DNA from: Methanopyrus kandleri AV19
GTDB lineage: Archaea > JAADCQ01 > Methanopyri > Methanopyrales > Methanopyraceae
Direction: 5' to 3'
DNA length: 32,000 bases
Assembly (NCBI RefSeq): GCF_000007185.1
Contig: NC_003551.1
Location: 150,001-182,000 of the forward strand
Of this stretch, positions 1 through 8,832 are shown piece after piece. Each line of letters begins with the position of its first letter. Within the stretch, counting starts at the first letter, position 1. The position numbers were made by a program, and so were the translations under genes. The notes under the pieces were generated by a model. The model saw nothing but the letters and a program-made list of their open reading frames with translations. It was not told the DNA's origin and ran no database searches.

Positions 1-249
1 TGTCTCAGAGACACCGAACGGAGTGTAGCGACGGCAGGACCGAATCCTACGCTTCGGGGTGAACATCCCCACCTCGTTGACTTTGTTCAAAACGTGGCGT
101 TCGGCCGCCTCCCTGGTTAACTTGCTGAAGCCTTCCCGGCGACGCATCAAGGGACACCGCTCGATCATGGGGTCACCTTCGGCGCGAACCTCCACGTCAC
201 CGTCCTTCCAGATCACCCGTACCGGTGTCTTCCCCAGACACTCCATCAT
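1..249 (-). CDS. 5' part of a conserved hypothetical protein that runs off the window (N-terminal ~83 aa: MMECLGKTPVRVIWKDGDVEVRAEGDPMIERCPLMRRREGF...RYTPFGVSET)
   Basis: My reverse-strand translation from ATG 249 (alternative GTG 267) stays open to position 1. The ORF track omits it because it is truncated. It loosely recalls methanogen-specific DUF2099 / methanogenesis-marker-8 N-termini, which I cannot verify here. Confidence 0.4.
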   Translation of the reverse strand, partial: MMECLGKTPVRVIWKDGDVEVRAEGDPMIERCPLMRRREGFSKLTREAAERHVLNKVNEVGMFTPKRRIRSCRRYTPFGVSET

Positions 250-296
250 GTGCTCATACTTCGCCACCTCGACACCCTCCGGGGGACGATGTACCG

Positions 297-746
297 TTGC
301 GTCTGACACCGATAGGGTGGGTCGTCGAGCGTACGGACGAAGAGGGACTTGTGAAGGTGAGGGAGAGATACAGGAAGTGCCTCGAGGGGTTGGAGGGATT
401 CTCCCACGTCTGGATATTATGGTGGGGACATGAAGCGGATCGGACAGTTACGAGGGTAAGGCCCGTTCACGGGGAAGTCCCCGAGCTCGTCGGTGTTTTC
501 GCCTGCAGGAGTCCCGACCGGCCGAATCCCGTGCTCCTGACGCTTTGTCGGATACTGGAAGTTCGTCCGAACTCCGGCGAGCTTCGGGTCTCCGGCCTAG
601 ACGCCCGAGCCGGATCGCCGGTGGTCGATATGAAGCCGTACCTACCCGGTTACGACGAACCCGATGGGGAGGTGTCGGTACCGGAGTGGGTCGAGATGGT
701 CAAACGGGGTCACCGGCCTCCTCGAACTCGAGGTCACCGTCGATGA
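297..746 (+). CDS. trmO: TsaA/YaeB-family tRNA methyltransferase (TrmO-like)
   Basis: Family motifs: [51 protein letters not shown]. The ORF-track start at 225 overlaps the opposite-strand gene, so TTG 297 (MRLTPIGWV) fits the family N-terminus better. The 3' end overlaps convergent glyS by 47 nt. Confidence 0.75.
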
Positions 747-2415
747 GCCCACGTAGTACGTCCGCTAGCTCGTCGACCTCCACGCGGACCTGCTCGGTCG
801 TGTCCCTGTCCCTGATCGTCACCGTGTCGTCCTCGAGAGTTTCGTGGTCTACGGTGACGCAGTACGGAACACCGATCTCGTCGGCGCGAGCGTATCGTCT
901 GCCTATCGAACCGGAGTCGTCGTACTCGACCGTAAATCCTTCCTCACGTAGCATGCGGGCCACGCGTCGGGCGTACTCGACCATGTCGCTGCGCTTCAGC
1001 AGTGGGAACACTCCCACCTCGATCGGCGCCAGCCAGGCCGGGAACCTGAACACGCCCTCCTCCGGGTCGAAGTTGTGCTCGAGGACGCAATACAGGATAC
1101 GATCGATACCGTAGGAAGGTTCGATCACGTGCGGGTAGAACCGCTCGCCCGTGACCTTCTCCTTGACGATTTCGTAGCACTCCGGTGGCACCTCTACCTC
1201 CTTGCCGTCGACTTCGACGGTGAGACCTCCCTTCAGCTCGTCCTCGCTCTCCGCGGTGATCCGACGTAGCGCCTCCGCGATCTTCGGGGCGTCCGACTTG
1301 AACCTCGGTCCGAGCTCCTTCATCACGGGTTCCGGGCGGTAGACTATCTTGGGCTCCTCCAGCTCGCGGAAGGCCCGTAGGTCCTCTCCGCTGTGTTCCG
1401 AGTGCTTCTTAAGGTCGTAATCCGTCCTGTCCGCGATCCCGACGACTTCAACCCACCCGAACCGCTCCAGCTTCACCTCCACGTCCCAACAGTCGCTGGC
1501 GTAGTGTGCCCGCTCTTCGGGAAGGTGCTGACGCGATCGGATGGCTTCGTTCGGGACCCCCATCTCGTTGAGCATACGCTTGGTGAGACCGAGGAAGTAG
1601 CCGATGGGTTGACTGACCATGCCCTCCTCGACTGCCTCACGAACGGACATCTCCAGCATCTCGCCGTTCTCCTTCCGCTGTTCCTCTATGGGGTAGAACT
1701 TGAGGACTTCGTCCGCGTAGCGCTCGAACCCTGGGTACTCCTTCTCCTCGGGGTCGAAGAAGACTTCAGCCTCGGCCTGAGTGAACTCGCGGAGACGGAT
1801 CACACCCTGTCGCGGGCTGATCTCGTTTCGGTACGCGCGACCTATCTGCACGACGCCGAAGGGAAGCTTCTGGCGCGCCCATCGGTAAAGGTCCTTGAAC
1901 TGGATGAAGATAGCCTGGGCGGTCTCCGGACGCAAATACCCCGTTCGACCCTCCTTGGGACCGATGTTCGTGTCGAACATTAGGTTGAACTCAGTAACCT
2001 CAGCGAGCTCCCCACCGCACTCGGGACATCGGAGGTCGTGCTCACGGATCAAGTCCTCCAACTCCTCGGGCGACATTCCTTCGGCGTCGACTCCCAGCTC
2101 CTCCTCGGCCAAGTGATCGGCACGGAAGAACTCGCCACACTCGCTGCAGTGAGTCATGGGGTCTATGAAGTGCTCGACGTGACCGGAAGCCTCGAACACC
2201 TCGCCTATGAGCAGGTTGGGAGCTTCGATTTCCATGAAACCTTCCTTATGGACGTAGTACTCGCGCCACTTCTCCTCGATCTTCCGCTTCAGGAGTGCTC
2301 CCAGGGGACCGTAGTCGTAGAAGCCCCGGGCTCCCCCGTAGATGCGGAACGCAGGCAGTATGAACCCGCGTCGGCGTGCGATCTCCATGATACGTTCGTA
2401 GACATCCTCGGTCAA
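700..2415 (-). CDS. glyS: Glycyl-tRNA synthetase, archaeal/eukaryotic type (class II)
   Basis: 571 aa. [37 protein letters not shown], Zn-ribbon-like CSECG..CPECG insertion, and an anticodon-binding C-terminus. Confidence 0.95.
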
Positions 2416-2431
2416 TTCCGTGCCCCCTACC

Positions 2432-3412
2432 TCATATCTCGTAGACTGCTTCCGCTACCCCGTACAGCTTGAGTACGTGCTCCTCGGCCACGAGGATCGT
2501 CTTCACGCTCTCCTTGGCGATACTCTCCAGGTCCTCCCGATCGAACTCCTCCGCTCCCAGGATCAGGGTGAGATCGCGCCCGTCACCCTCGAACTTCGGC
2601 ACGAGATCCGAGTCGTCGTCACCGACCGTACGCAAGCTGGGCTCGTTTCGGACCCATTCCACGAGCCGGATGGCCGCGTTCAAGACTTCGGAGACACGTT
2701 CAGAATCCTTCACGACGATCCCCACGGTACTGTGTTTACGAATACCGAGCAACGCCTCACGCTGGTCTTCGTCGGGTCTGAAATCGTAAGGTTCCACACC
2801 GGCGGCTTCCACGACAGCCTCCGCGGCCTTCACGGGGTCCTCAGAGGACGTGATGTACCCGCCCACGATCACCAAGTCCACACCATCCAGCTCCTCTATC
2901 TTCCTCGGGGTAAGACCACCTGCGACCGCAGTTCTCGCGGGACACCGGTCGACCCCGAACTTGTGGAGTAGCTCTTCCCCCGTGATCGGCTCGTCGATGG
3001 CCGCGTGGAGCAGGAGGTAGTCCGGGAATTCCTCAAGTCCCTTCAACTTCGACAGGACGTCTACGGGATTGACGCCGATAGTGTCCACTAATGCCCCGGC
3101 GCAGAGCTCATGTGCCCTGGTGACGAACGATCGAATCGTCTCCTCGGGCGCCGCACCCAGCACGCATCCCAGGTTCGCCCCGTGTTTAATCGATAGCTCC
3201 GCCTCCAGTGCCCCCACGTCCATCGTTTTCGTGTCGGCGACTATGGGACGCTCCGGAAACTCCTCGGCCAACCGCTCGATCGCCCGCGATCCTTCGGCCT
3301 TGATGAGCGGTGTTCCGACCTCAAGTACGTGGATTCCGGCCTCCACGCTCGCTTCGGCTATTTCGATGGCTTTGGGCAGGGATGTAAGATCCAACGCTAC
3401 CTGTGTAAGCAT
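2432..3412 (-). CDS. 3-hexulose-6-phosphate synthase-like (OMP-decarboxylase fold) protein with an unassigned ~115-aa C-terminal domain
   Basis: N-terminal ~210 aa show [27 protein letters not shown] and [10 protein letters not shown], typical of HPS/KGPDC enzymes. The C-terminal third matches nothing I recognise. Confidence 0.7.
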   Translation of the reverse strand: MLTQVALDLTSLPKAIEIAEASVEAGIHVLEVGTPLIKAEGSRAIERLAEEFPERPIVADTKTMDVGALEAELSIKHGANLGCVLGAAPEETIRSFVTRAHELCAGALVDTIGVNPVDVLSKLKGLEEFPDYLLLHAAIDEPITGEELLHKFGVDRCPARTAVAGGLTPRKIEELDGVDLVIVGGYITSSEDPVKAAEAVVEAAGVEPYDFRPDEDQREALLGIRKHSTVGIVVKDSERVSEVLNAAIRLVEWVRNEPSLRTVGDDDSDLVPKFEGDGRDLTLILGAEEFDREDLESIAKESVKTILVAEEHVLKLYGVAEAVYEI

Positions 3413-4548
3413 CCGCTGTCCCCCGCCACCTCTGTGAGGACGGCTTCGAACTCCTCCGGACTCGCGTCGGTTTTCACAACGGCTCTCTTTGAATAGTGTG
3501 GACGCACCGCGTTGAATCCCTCCTCACGGAGCCCCTCAAGTACCGAGGTCAGACTCGGCACCCTGGATAAGCCCAACCTCGACGCCCATCGGTGGATATC
3601 GTAAGCCCAAGGATTCGTCCCGGTCTCCTTCGCCACAGTCTCCAGGAGTTCCGCAGCCTCTTCGAGCCCGAGTTCGCGGGCGTCCGAAGCCGCACGTTCG
3701 GCCCGCTCCCGGTCCGCGAAGTCGGGCAACCACAGGGGTCCCAACCTTACTACGCTCCCTGACCCGCAGCGCGGGCACTCACGATCGAACTCGCGCTCCG
3801 AAGTGTACCCACACTCGCGACAGTGCAGAAGGTAACCGAGCCGTTTTAACGCCCGATCGGCTCGGCGGGCTCCTCTTCGGATCTCGCCGATTACGCGCAC
3901 ATGATGACGCTGGAAGAACGCGATATGTGGTTCGAACGCGAGGTCGTACTTCGCACACGTTCGGACGATGTACGAAATCAGCGCGCGGATGGCCACTTCC
4001 TGGTAGAACTCGACGCGCTCAACCTCGACCCAATACTTCCTCCGGGCCGAGCGCGGGTAACGCCCTGCGAGGGCCGAGACGTCGGTGGCGGAGATCCCGA
4101 CCACGCCACGGTTCCGGACCGTTCTAACGGCGGCATCCAAGAACGGGACCGGAGGCCCGAACGGATCGATGTCGACGTAATCGAAACGACCTGCCAGCTC
4201 ATCTTCGTGCATCAAGGCGTTCGCATCACGGTTCTCGATCCTGCAGACGTCCTCGACGTCGTTCAACCGGACGTTCTCCTCGATCAGCTCGACCGCGCGG
4301 GGATTGAGATCGTTGAGGACGACCACCTCAGGACTCAACTCGACGGCGATGCGGATCCCGCGAGCGCCTACTCCCGCCAGCGGATCACACACGATCTTCG
4401 GGCCGTATTGCACCAGCGAGGATACCGTTAAATCGCGGCTCAGTTGCATTGCGGGGTTGTAGAACACTGGGTCTCTGGCGGAGGGCTGCCCGCGGGTCTT
4501 CGGGACTTTCAGCGGCGTGCGGCCCTCGGTGATTATCTCAAGCTCCAT
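3397..4548 (-). CDS. trm1: tRNA (guanine26-N2)-dimethyltransferase Trm1
   Basis: Motifs VFYNPAMQLSRD, DPLAGVGARGIR, DIDPFGPPVPF and ATD, plus a Cys cluster CRECG...CPRCG. The 3' end overlaps the HPS-like gene start by 16 nt. Confidence 0.9.
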   Translation of the reverse strand: MELEIITEGRTPLKVPKTRGQPSARDPVFYNPAMQLSRDLTVSSLVQYGPKIVCDPLAGVGARGIRIAVELSPEVVVLNDLNPRAVELIEENVRLNDVEDVCRIENRDANALMHEDELAGRFDYVDIDPFGPPVPFLDAAVRTVRNRGVVGISATDVSALAGRYPRSARRKYWVEVERVEFYQEVAIRALISYIVRTCAKYDLAFEPHIAFFQRHHVRVIGEIRRGARRADRALKRLGYLLHCRECGYTSEREFDRECPRCGSGSVVRLGPLWLPDFADRERAERAASDARELGLEEAAELLETVAKETGTNPWAYDIHRWASRLGLSRVPSLTSVLEGLREEGFNAVRPHYSKRAVVKTDASPEEFEAVLTEVAGDSGCLHR

Positions 4549-4582
4549 CGCCCTGTCCCTGGCCCTGTCCCTGAGGGTGCGC

Positions 4583-4855
4583 TCACTTCAGTGTCACCTC
4601 GGTACCCAGGGCCTGGCCCGGGAGACCACGCTCGAACCGGACGCGTACGGCCCCGTTGTTGCCGTGGGTGTCGACCACTTTACCCCGAATCACCTTACCC
4701 GTCTCCGGGTGCTTCCAGATGACTTCCTTACCGATCAACTGGGCCGCCTCTGATCTGCTCTCGACACCCTCAAACTCTATTATGCACTGCCTGGGATCCT
4801 GCGTGTGCCGTCCCATGCGGTAGTTCACGATCACACCTCGCTTGACCTCACTCAC
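4583..4855 (-). CDS. rpl35ae: Ribosomal protein eL33 (L35Ae)
   Basis: 90 aa with GVIVNYRMGRHTQ...GKVVDTHGNNGAVRVRF. GTG start at 4855 with a G-run SD 9 nt upstream. Confidence 0.9.
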   Translation of the reverse strand: MSEVKRGVIVNYRMGRHTQDPRQCIIEFEGVESRSEAAQLIGKEVIWKHPETGKVIRGKVVDTHGNNGAVRVRFERGLPGQALGTEVTLK

Positions 4856-4882
4856 GACTATTTACCCCCTGGGGGAGACCAG

Positions 4883-6067
4883 TTGTCCAAGCTCGCCATC
4901 GAGGGAGGCAGACCGATTAGGGAGGACCCTATACCGATCGCTCAACCTATCCTGGGTGACGAGGAGGCCCGTGCCGTCACGGAGGTCCTTCGGTCGGGCC
5001 AGCTCGCTCAGGGACCACGCGTTGAGGAGTTCGAGCGTGAGTTCGCCCAGTTCGTCGGATGTGAACACTGCGTCGCGACGAGCTCGGGCACGACCGCACT
5101 GCAGCTCGCCCTGGAGTCCGCCGGGCTCGGGCCGGGCGACCTCGCGATCGTGCCGTCTTTTACGTTTATCGCTACTGCGAACGCCGCCTTACACGTGGGC
5201 GCCGACGTCGCGTTCGTGGACATCGATCTGGAAACGTACTGTATGGATCCACGCTCCCTGGAGGAGGTCGTGAAGCTCCTGAAAGACCGCGTGCTACGTC
5301 CCCGCACCGTAGCAGTGATCCCTGTGCACCTCTACGGCCACCCCGCTGACATGGACCCGATCCTAGAGATCGCGGAGGAACACGATCTCATCGTGATCGA
5401 GGACGCGGCACAGGCCCACGGAGCCGAGTACAAAGGTAGGAGGATAGGATCCTTGGGAGACGCCGCCTGCTTCAGCTTCTATCCGACCAAGAACATGACC
5501 ACGGGAGAGGGCGGGGCGATCACCACGGACGACGGGGAACTGGCCGAGCGGGCCAGAATGCTCCGCTCACACGGCGAGCGCGAACGCTACGATCACGTGG
5601 AGCTAGGGTACAACTTTCGGATGACGGACATCGCCGCGGCTATCGGGATCGTCCAGCTTCGGAGGCTGGAGGAGTTCAACGAGCGGAGGAGGGAGAACGC
5701 TCGCTACTACCTCAAGGAACTGGCCGATTTAGAACCCCTCATCGAACTACCGACCGAGAAGCCCTGGGCGAAACACGTTTACCATCAGTTCACGATTAGG
5801 ATCAACGTGGAAGAGTTGTCCTGTACGAGAGACGAGTTCGCGGAGGCGCTCCGTGCCGAGGGAGTGGACTGTGCCGTACACTACCCGACTCCGCTACACC
5901 GACAACCCGTATACCTCAGGCGCGGTTATCACGCCACGGAGCTCCCGAAATCGGAGCGTGCGGCCGAGACCGTACTATCCATTCCGGTACATCCGGGTTT
6001 GTCGGAGGAGGACCGTCAGGACGTTGTGGAAGCCGTTGAGAAGGTCGTTTCCGCGTTTTCCCGATAG
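4883..6067 (+). CDS. DegT/DnrJ/EryC1/StrS-family PLP-dependent sugar aminotransferase
   Basis: Motifs EFEREFAQFVG, ATSSGTTALQLAL, DAAQAHGAEY and FSFYPTKNMTTGEGG (PLP lysine). The ORF-track start 4805 overlaps rpl35ae. TTG 4883 is preceded by GGGGGAG at a 5-nt spacing. Confidence 0.85.
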   Translation: MSKLAIEGGRPIREDPIPIAQPILGDEEARAVTEVLRSGQLAQGPRVEEFEREFAQFVGCEHCVATSSGTTALQLALESAGLGPGDLAIVPSFTFIATANAALHVGADVAFVDIDLETYCMDPRSLEEVVKLLKDRVLRPRTVAVIPVHLYGHPADMDPILEIAEEHDLIVIEDAAQAHGAEYKGRRIGSLGDAACFSFYPTKNMTTGEGGAITTDDGELAERARMLRSHGERERYDHVELGYNFRMTDIAAAIGIVQLRRLEEFNERRRENARYYLKELADLEPLIELPTEKPWAKHVYHQFTIRINVEELSCTRDEFAEALRAEGVDCAVHYPTPLHRQPVYLRRGYHATELPKSERAAETVLSIPVHPGLSEEDRQDVVEAVEKVVSAFSR

Positions 6068-6088
6068 GCTCACACGAGGGGAACGCGC

Positions 6089-8347
6089 TTGCCGCGCGAG
6101 AAGTGTCCTAAATGTGACGGGAAGGGGAAGATCCCAGTCGGAGAGACCGAATGTCCCAGATGCGGTGGTACCGGGTTCGTGGGCGACGTGGACATCAGCG
6201 AGCACTTCAAAGGAGCGGCTCAGCACGCCGTCGAAGGGTACGATCTCGCCAGCTCACGTGACGTCCCCTGTCCGAAGTGTCAGGGTAAAGGTGTGATAAC
6301 GGTCTACGAGGAATGCGACAGGTGCGGTGGTACCGGTTACATCGTGAAGTGTCGGGAGTGCGGGAAGGAACTGGATCCAGACGTTGAAGAGGACCTATGC
6401 GAGGAGTGCCGGAAGAAGATCAAACAGATTCGCAAGGAAAAGCTGCCAAAGGTGAAGGTCCTCTCGCCGGCGTGCGGGTACGAGGACGTCGAAGAGGGCG
6501 AGCTGTACAAGGGCAAGGTTAGCCGTGTCGAGAAGTACGGAGTTTTCATCGAATTAAACGACAGAACCCTCGGTCTGCTACACCGTCGCGATATGGGCGA
6601 CAAGGAGCCTCAGGACTTCTCGATCGGTGACGAGGTGGTGGTGAAGGTCACGGACGTGCGACCGGAGGACGGCGAGATCGACTTCACGATCGAAGGTATC
6701 GACCCACGGCCCGATCGATACCGCGAGGAGGTCGTGGAGAAGGAGCTGAAGCGCGTACTCGTACACGACATCGACGAATCGAAGATCGGCGAGACCGTCC
6801 TGATTAAAGGTAAGATCATCCACGTCCAGCAGACACCCGGACCGACCGTATTCACGCTACGAGACGAGAGCGGTAGCATCTGGATGGCAGCCTTCGAGGG
6901 GCCGGGGATCAGGGCCTATCCGGACATCGAGGCGGGTGATTACGTCCGGGTGATCGGCGAGGTCACCACGCACGACGGCCAGCTCCAGGTCGAGATCCTC
7001 GACATGGAGAAGCTCGTGGGGACGGAGAAAGTCGAGATCAAACGAGCCATCGACGAGGCGCTCGACCGGGAAGCCGAGCCGCCCGAGGATCTAAAACCCA
7101 TGGTAGACAGCGAGATCATCGAGCGTCTGTGGCCGCGGATGCGCGAGGTGGCGAAGGAGATCAAGCGGGCCGTACTCGAAGGTCGGCCCGTCCTGATCCG
7201 GCACCACGCGGACGCCGACGGTATCTCGGGCGGAGTAGCGCTGGAGGAGGCGATACTCCCGATCTTGAGGGAGAACAACCCGGACCCGGAGGCAGAGTAC
7301 CACTTCTACAAGCGGTTCCCGAACAAGGCGCCGATATACACCCTCGAGGACGCCTCACGGGACCTGAACCACGCCCTAGAGGACGTCCACAGGTACGGCC
7401 ATCAGGTACCACTCCTGGTACTCTTGGACATCGGGTGTACCGAGGAGGACGTACCCGCCATCGAGGAAATGAAGGCCTACGGCGTCGACGTCCTGGTCAT
7501 CGACCACCACTATCCGGGCGAAGCCGTGGGAGAGAACCCGGAGGACGGACTGAAGGAGTTCCCGATCGACGAACACGTGAAGGTACACGTGAACCCCTAC
7601 GCGGCGGGTGGCGACGGCAAGAACATCCCCGCAGGTGTCCTGGCCGTAGAGATCGCCCGACTCATCAACCCGGAGGTGGAGGACAGGATTAAGCACCTCC
7701 CGGCGGTCGCGTGTCTGGGGGACCACGCCGAGTCTCCCGAGGCGGAGCAGTACCTCGAGATCGCCGAGGAGGCCGGTTTCGACAGGAAGTGGCTGAGGAA
7801 GATCGCGGACAGCGTCGACTTCCAGGCGTTCCAGCTGCGTCACACTCCGGGGAGGCACCTGATGAACGACGTTCTCGGCACTACAGGGGACGAACACCGA
7901 CACCGACGGCTGGTAGAGAACCTCTACAAGCAGCATAAGATCGCCTGCGAGCGGCAGCTGGAAGCCGCGCTGAAGGGAGTCAAGGAGTACGAGACGGACG
8001 GTGTGAAGGTGGTCACCTTAGACGTGGAGAAGCACGCCCGCAAGTTCGAGTACCCCGGCCCGGGCAAGACGTGCGGGCTCGTCCACGACCTGAAGGTCGA
8101 GGAAGAAGGCGACGATGCAAAGGTAGTGACCATCGCGTACGGACCGGACTTCGCGGTGATCAGGGCCACGGAGAACCTGGGGATAAACCTCAACGATATC
8201 GTATCGGAACTGGAGGAAGAGATGCCAGAGGCCGCGGTGGAGGGTGGAGGTCACGAGACCGCCGGCTCGATATCGTTCGTGGAGGCACATCGGAACAAGG
8301 TCCTCAAGGCGCTGGTCGAGAAGATCCTGAGGGACGCCACCTCTTAA
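6089..8347 (+). CDS. Archaea-specific RecJ-like DHH phosphoesterase/nuclease with N-terminal DnaJ-type zinc finger, S1 and OB domains
   Basis: Four CxxCxGxG repeats (CPKCDGKG, CPRCGGTG, CPKCQGKG, CDRCGGTG). S1-like KGKVSRVEKYGVFIEL and an OB fold. DHH motifs RHHADADGISG and VIDHHYP, plus DHHA1 GGGHETAGS. Confidence 0.8.
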   Translation: MPREKCPKCDGKGKIPVGETECPRCGGTGFVGDVDISEHFKGAAQHAVEGYDLASSRDVPCPKCQGKGVITVYEECDRCGGTGYIVKCRECGKELDPDVEEDLCEECRKKIKQIRKEKLPKVKVLSPACGYEDVEEGELYKGKVSRVEKYGVFIELNDRTLGLLHRRDMGDKEPQDFSIGDEVVVKVTDVRPEDGEIDFTIEGIDPRPDRYREEVVEKELKRVLVHDIDESKIGETVLIKGKIIHVQQTPGPTVFTLRDESGSIWMAAFEGPGIRAYPDIEAGDYVRVIGEVTTHDGQLQVEILDMEKLVGTEKVEIKRAIDEALDREAEPPEDLKPMVDSEIIERLWPRMREVAKEIKRAVLEGRPVLIRHHADADGISGGVALEEAILPILRENNPDPEAEYHFYKRFPNKAPIYTLEDASRDLNHALEDVHRYGHQVPLLVLLDIGCTEEDVPAIEEMKAYGVDVLVIDHHYPGEAVGENPEDGLKEFPIDEHVKVHVNPYAAGGDGKNIPAGVLAVEIARLINPEVEDRIKHLPAVACLGDHAESPEAEQYLEIAEEAGFDRKWLRKIADSVDFQAFQLRHTPGRHLMNDVLGTTGDEHRHRRLVENLYKQHKIACERQLEAALKGVKEYETDGVKVVTLDVEKHARKFEYPGPGKTCGLVHDLKVEEEGDDAKVVTIAYGPDFAVIRATENLGINLNDIVSELEEEMPEAAVEGGGHETAGSISFVEAHRNKVLKALVEKILRDATS

Positions 8348-8832
8348 CCTACACGCACGCATTTCACGATAAGCCGCTCGCGCGCCGTGGAAAGAGGCGT
8401 GCAAGTGACCAACCACAGCTCGTCCTTATTCGACGCATCCGGGTCGATGACGTAATCCGGAGATACTACCACTTTATCGTACACCACGTACACGTACTTG
8501 GACCCGAACCAGTACACTATGACCTTATCACCGCGCTTTAACTCGTCGAGGTGTAGGAAGGGAGATCCGAAAAGAGTACGATGTCCGTAGAACACCGTGA
8601 TTCCCTTTTTACCAGGCGGAGGCGTCATGATCTCGTAATACACACCGTAGTCCGGCGAGGTGGTGTTGATCCGCTCGCGGAGACCTAACTTCGGGATGAC
8701 CAACTCGCAGTCGGGTATCGATACGGATTCATGGTACATGAAGTAAGCGACTTCCTTGGCCGCGAGATACCCCAAGTACGTCGTGGATGGAGCGAGCAGG
8801 AGAATTCCCGGAATCAGGTACCGTAACCTCAC
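8344..8832 (-). CDS. Sortase-family transpeptidase homologue (N-terminal membrane anchor)
   Basis: 162 aa. TM segment LIPGILLLAPSTTYLGYLAA. LVIPKLGL; catalytic-His context VFYGHRTLFGSPFLHLDELKRGDKV; catalytic-Cys context LWLVTCTP; downstream Arg (RERLIV). The order and spacing match the sortase H-C-R triad. Confidence 0.75.
   Translation of the reverse strand: MRLRYLIPGILLLAPSTTYLGYLAAKEVAYFMYHESVSIPDCELVIPKLGLRERINTTSPDYGVYYEIMTPPPGKKGITVFYGHRTLFGSPFLHLDELKRGDKVIVYWFGSKYVYVVYDKVVVSPDYVIDPDASNKDELWLVTCTPLSTARERLIVKCVRVG

Noticed and set aside
545-2472. Long plus-strand ORFs (545-1114, 1393-1983, 2038-2472 and others) lying antisense to glyS
   Set aside because: These are shadow ORFs, typical of GC-rich DNA. 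Their translations are Ser/Arg/Pro-rich or otherwise unprotein-like with no motifs, while the opposite strand encodes an unmistakable GlyRS. The same reasoning removes 15020-15874, 16474-16926, 17571-18128, 20064-20732, 25741-26439, 26675-27280 and similar entries.
2432-2782. PHI (SIS-domain 6-phospho-3-hexuloisomerase) as the identity of the C-terminal domain of the HPS-like protein
   Set aside because: The segment is ~115 aa, against ~180 for PHI. It lacks the SIS G-x-G-x-S/G-S-G-x-T type motifs, so an Hps-Phi fusion is not supported.
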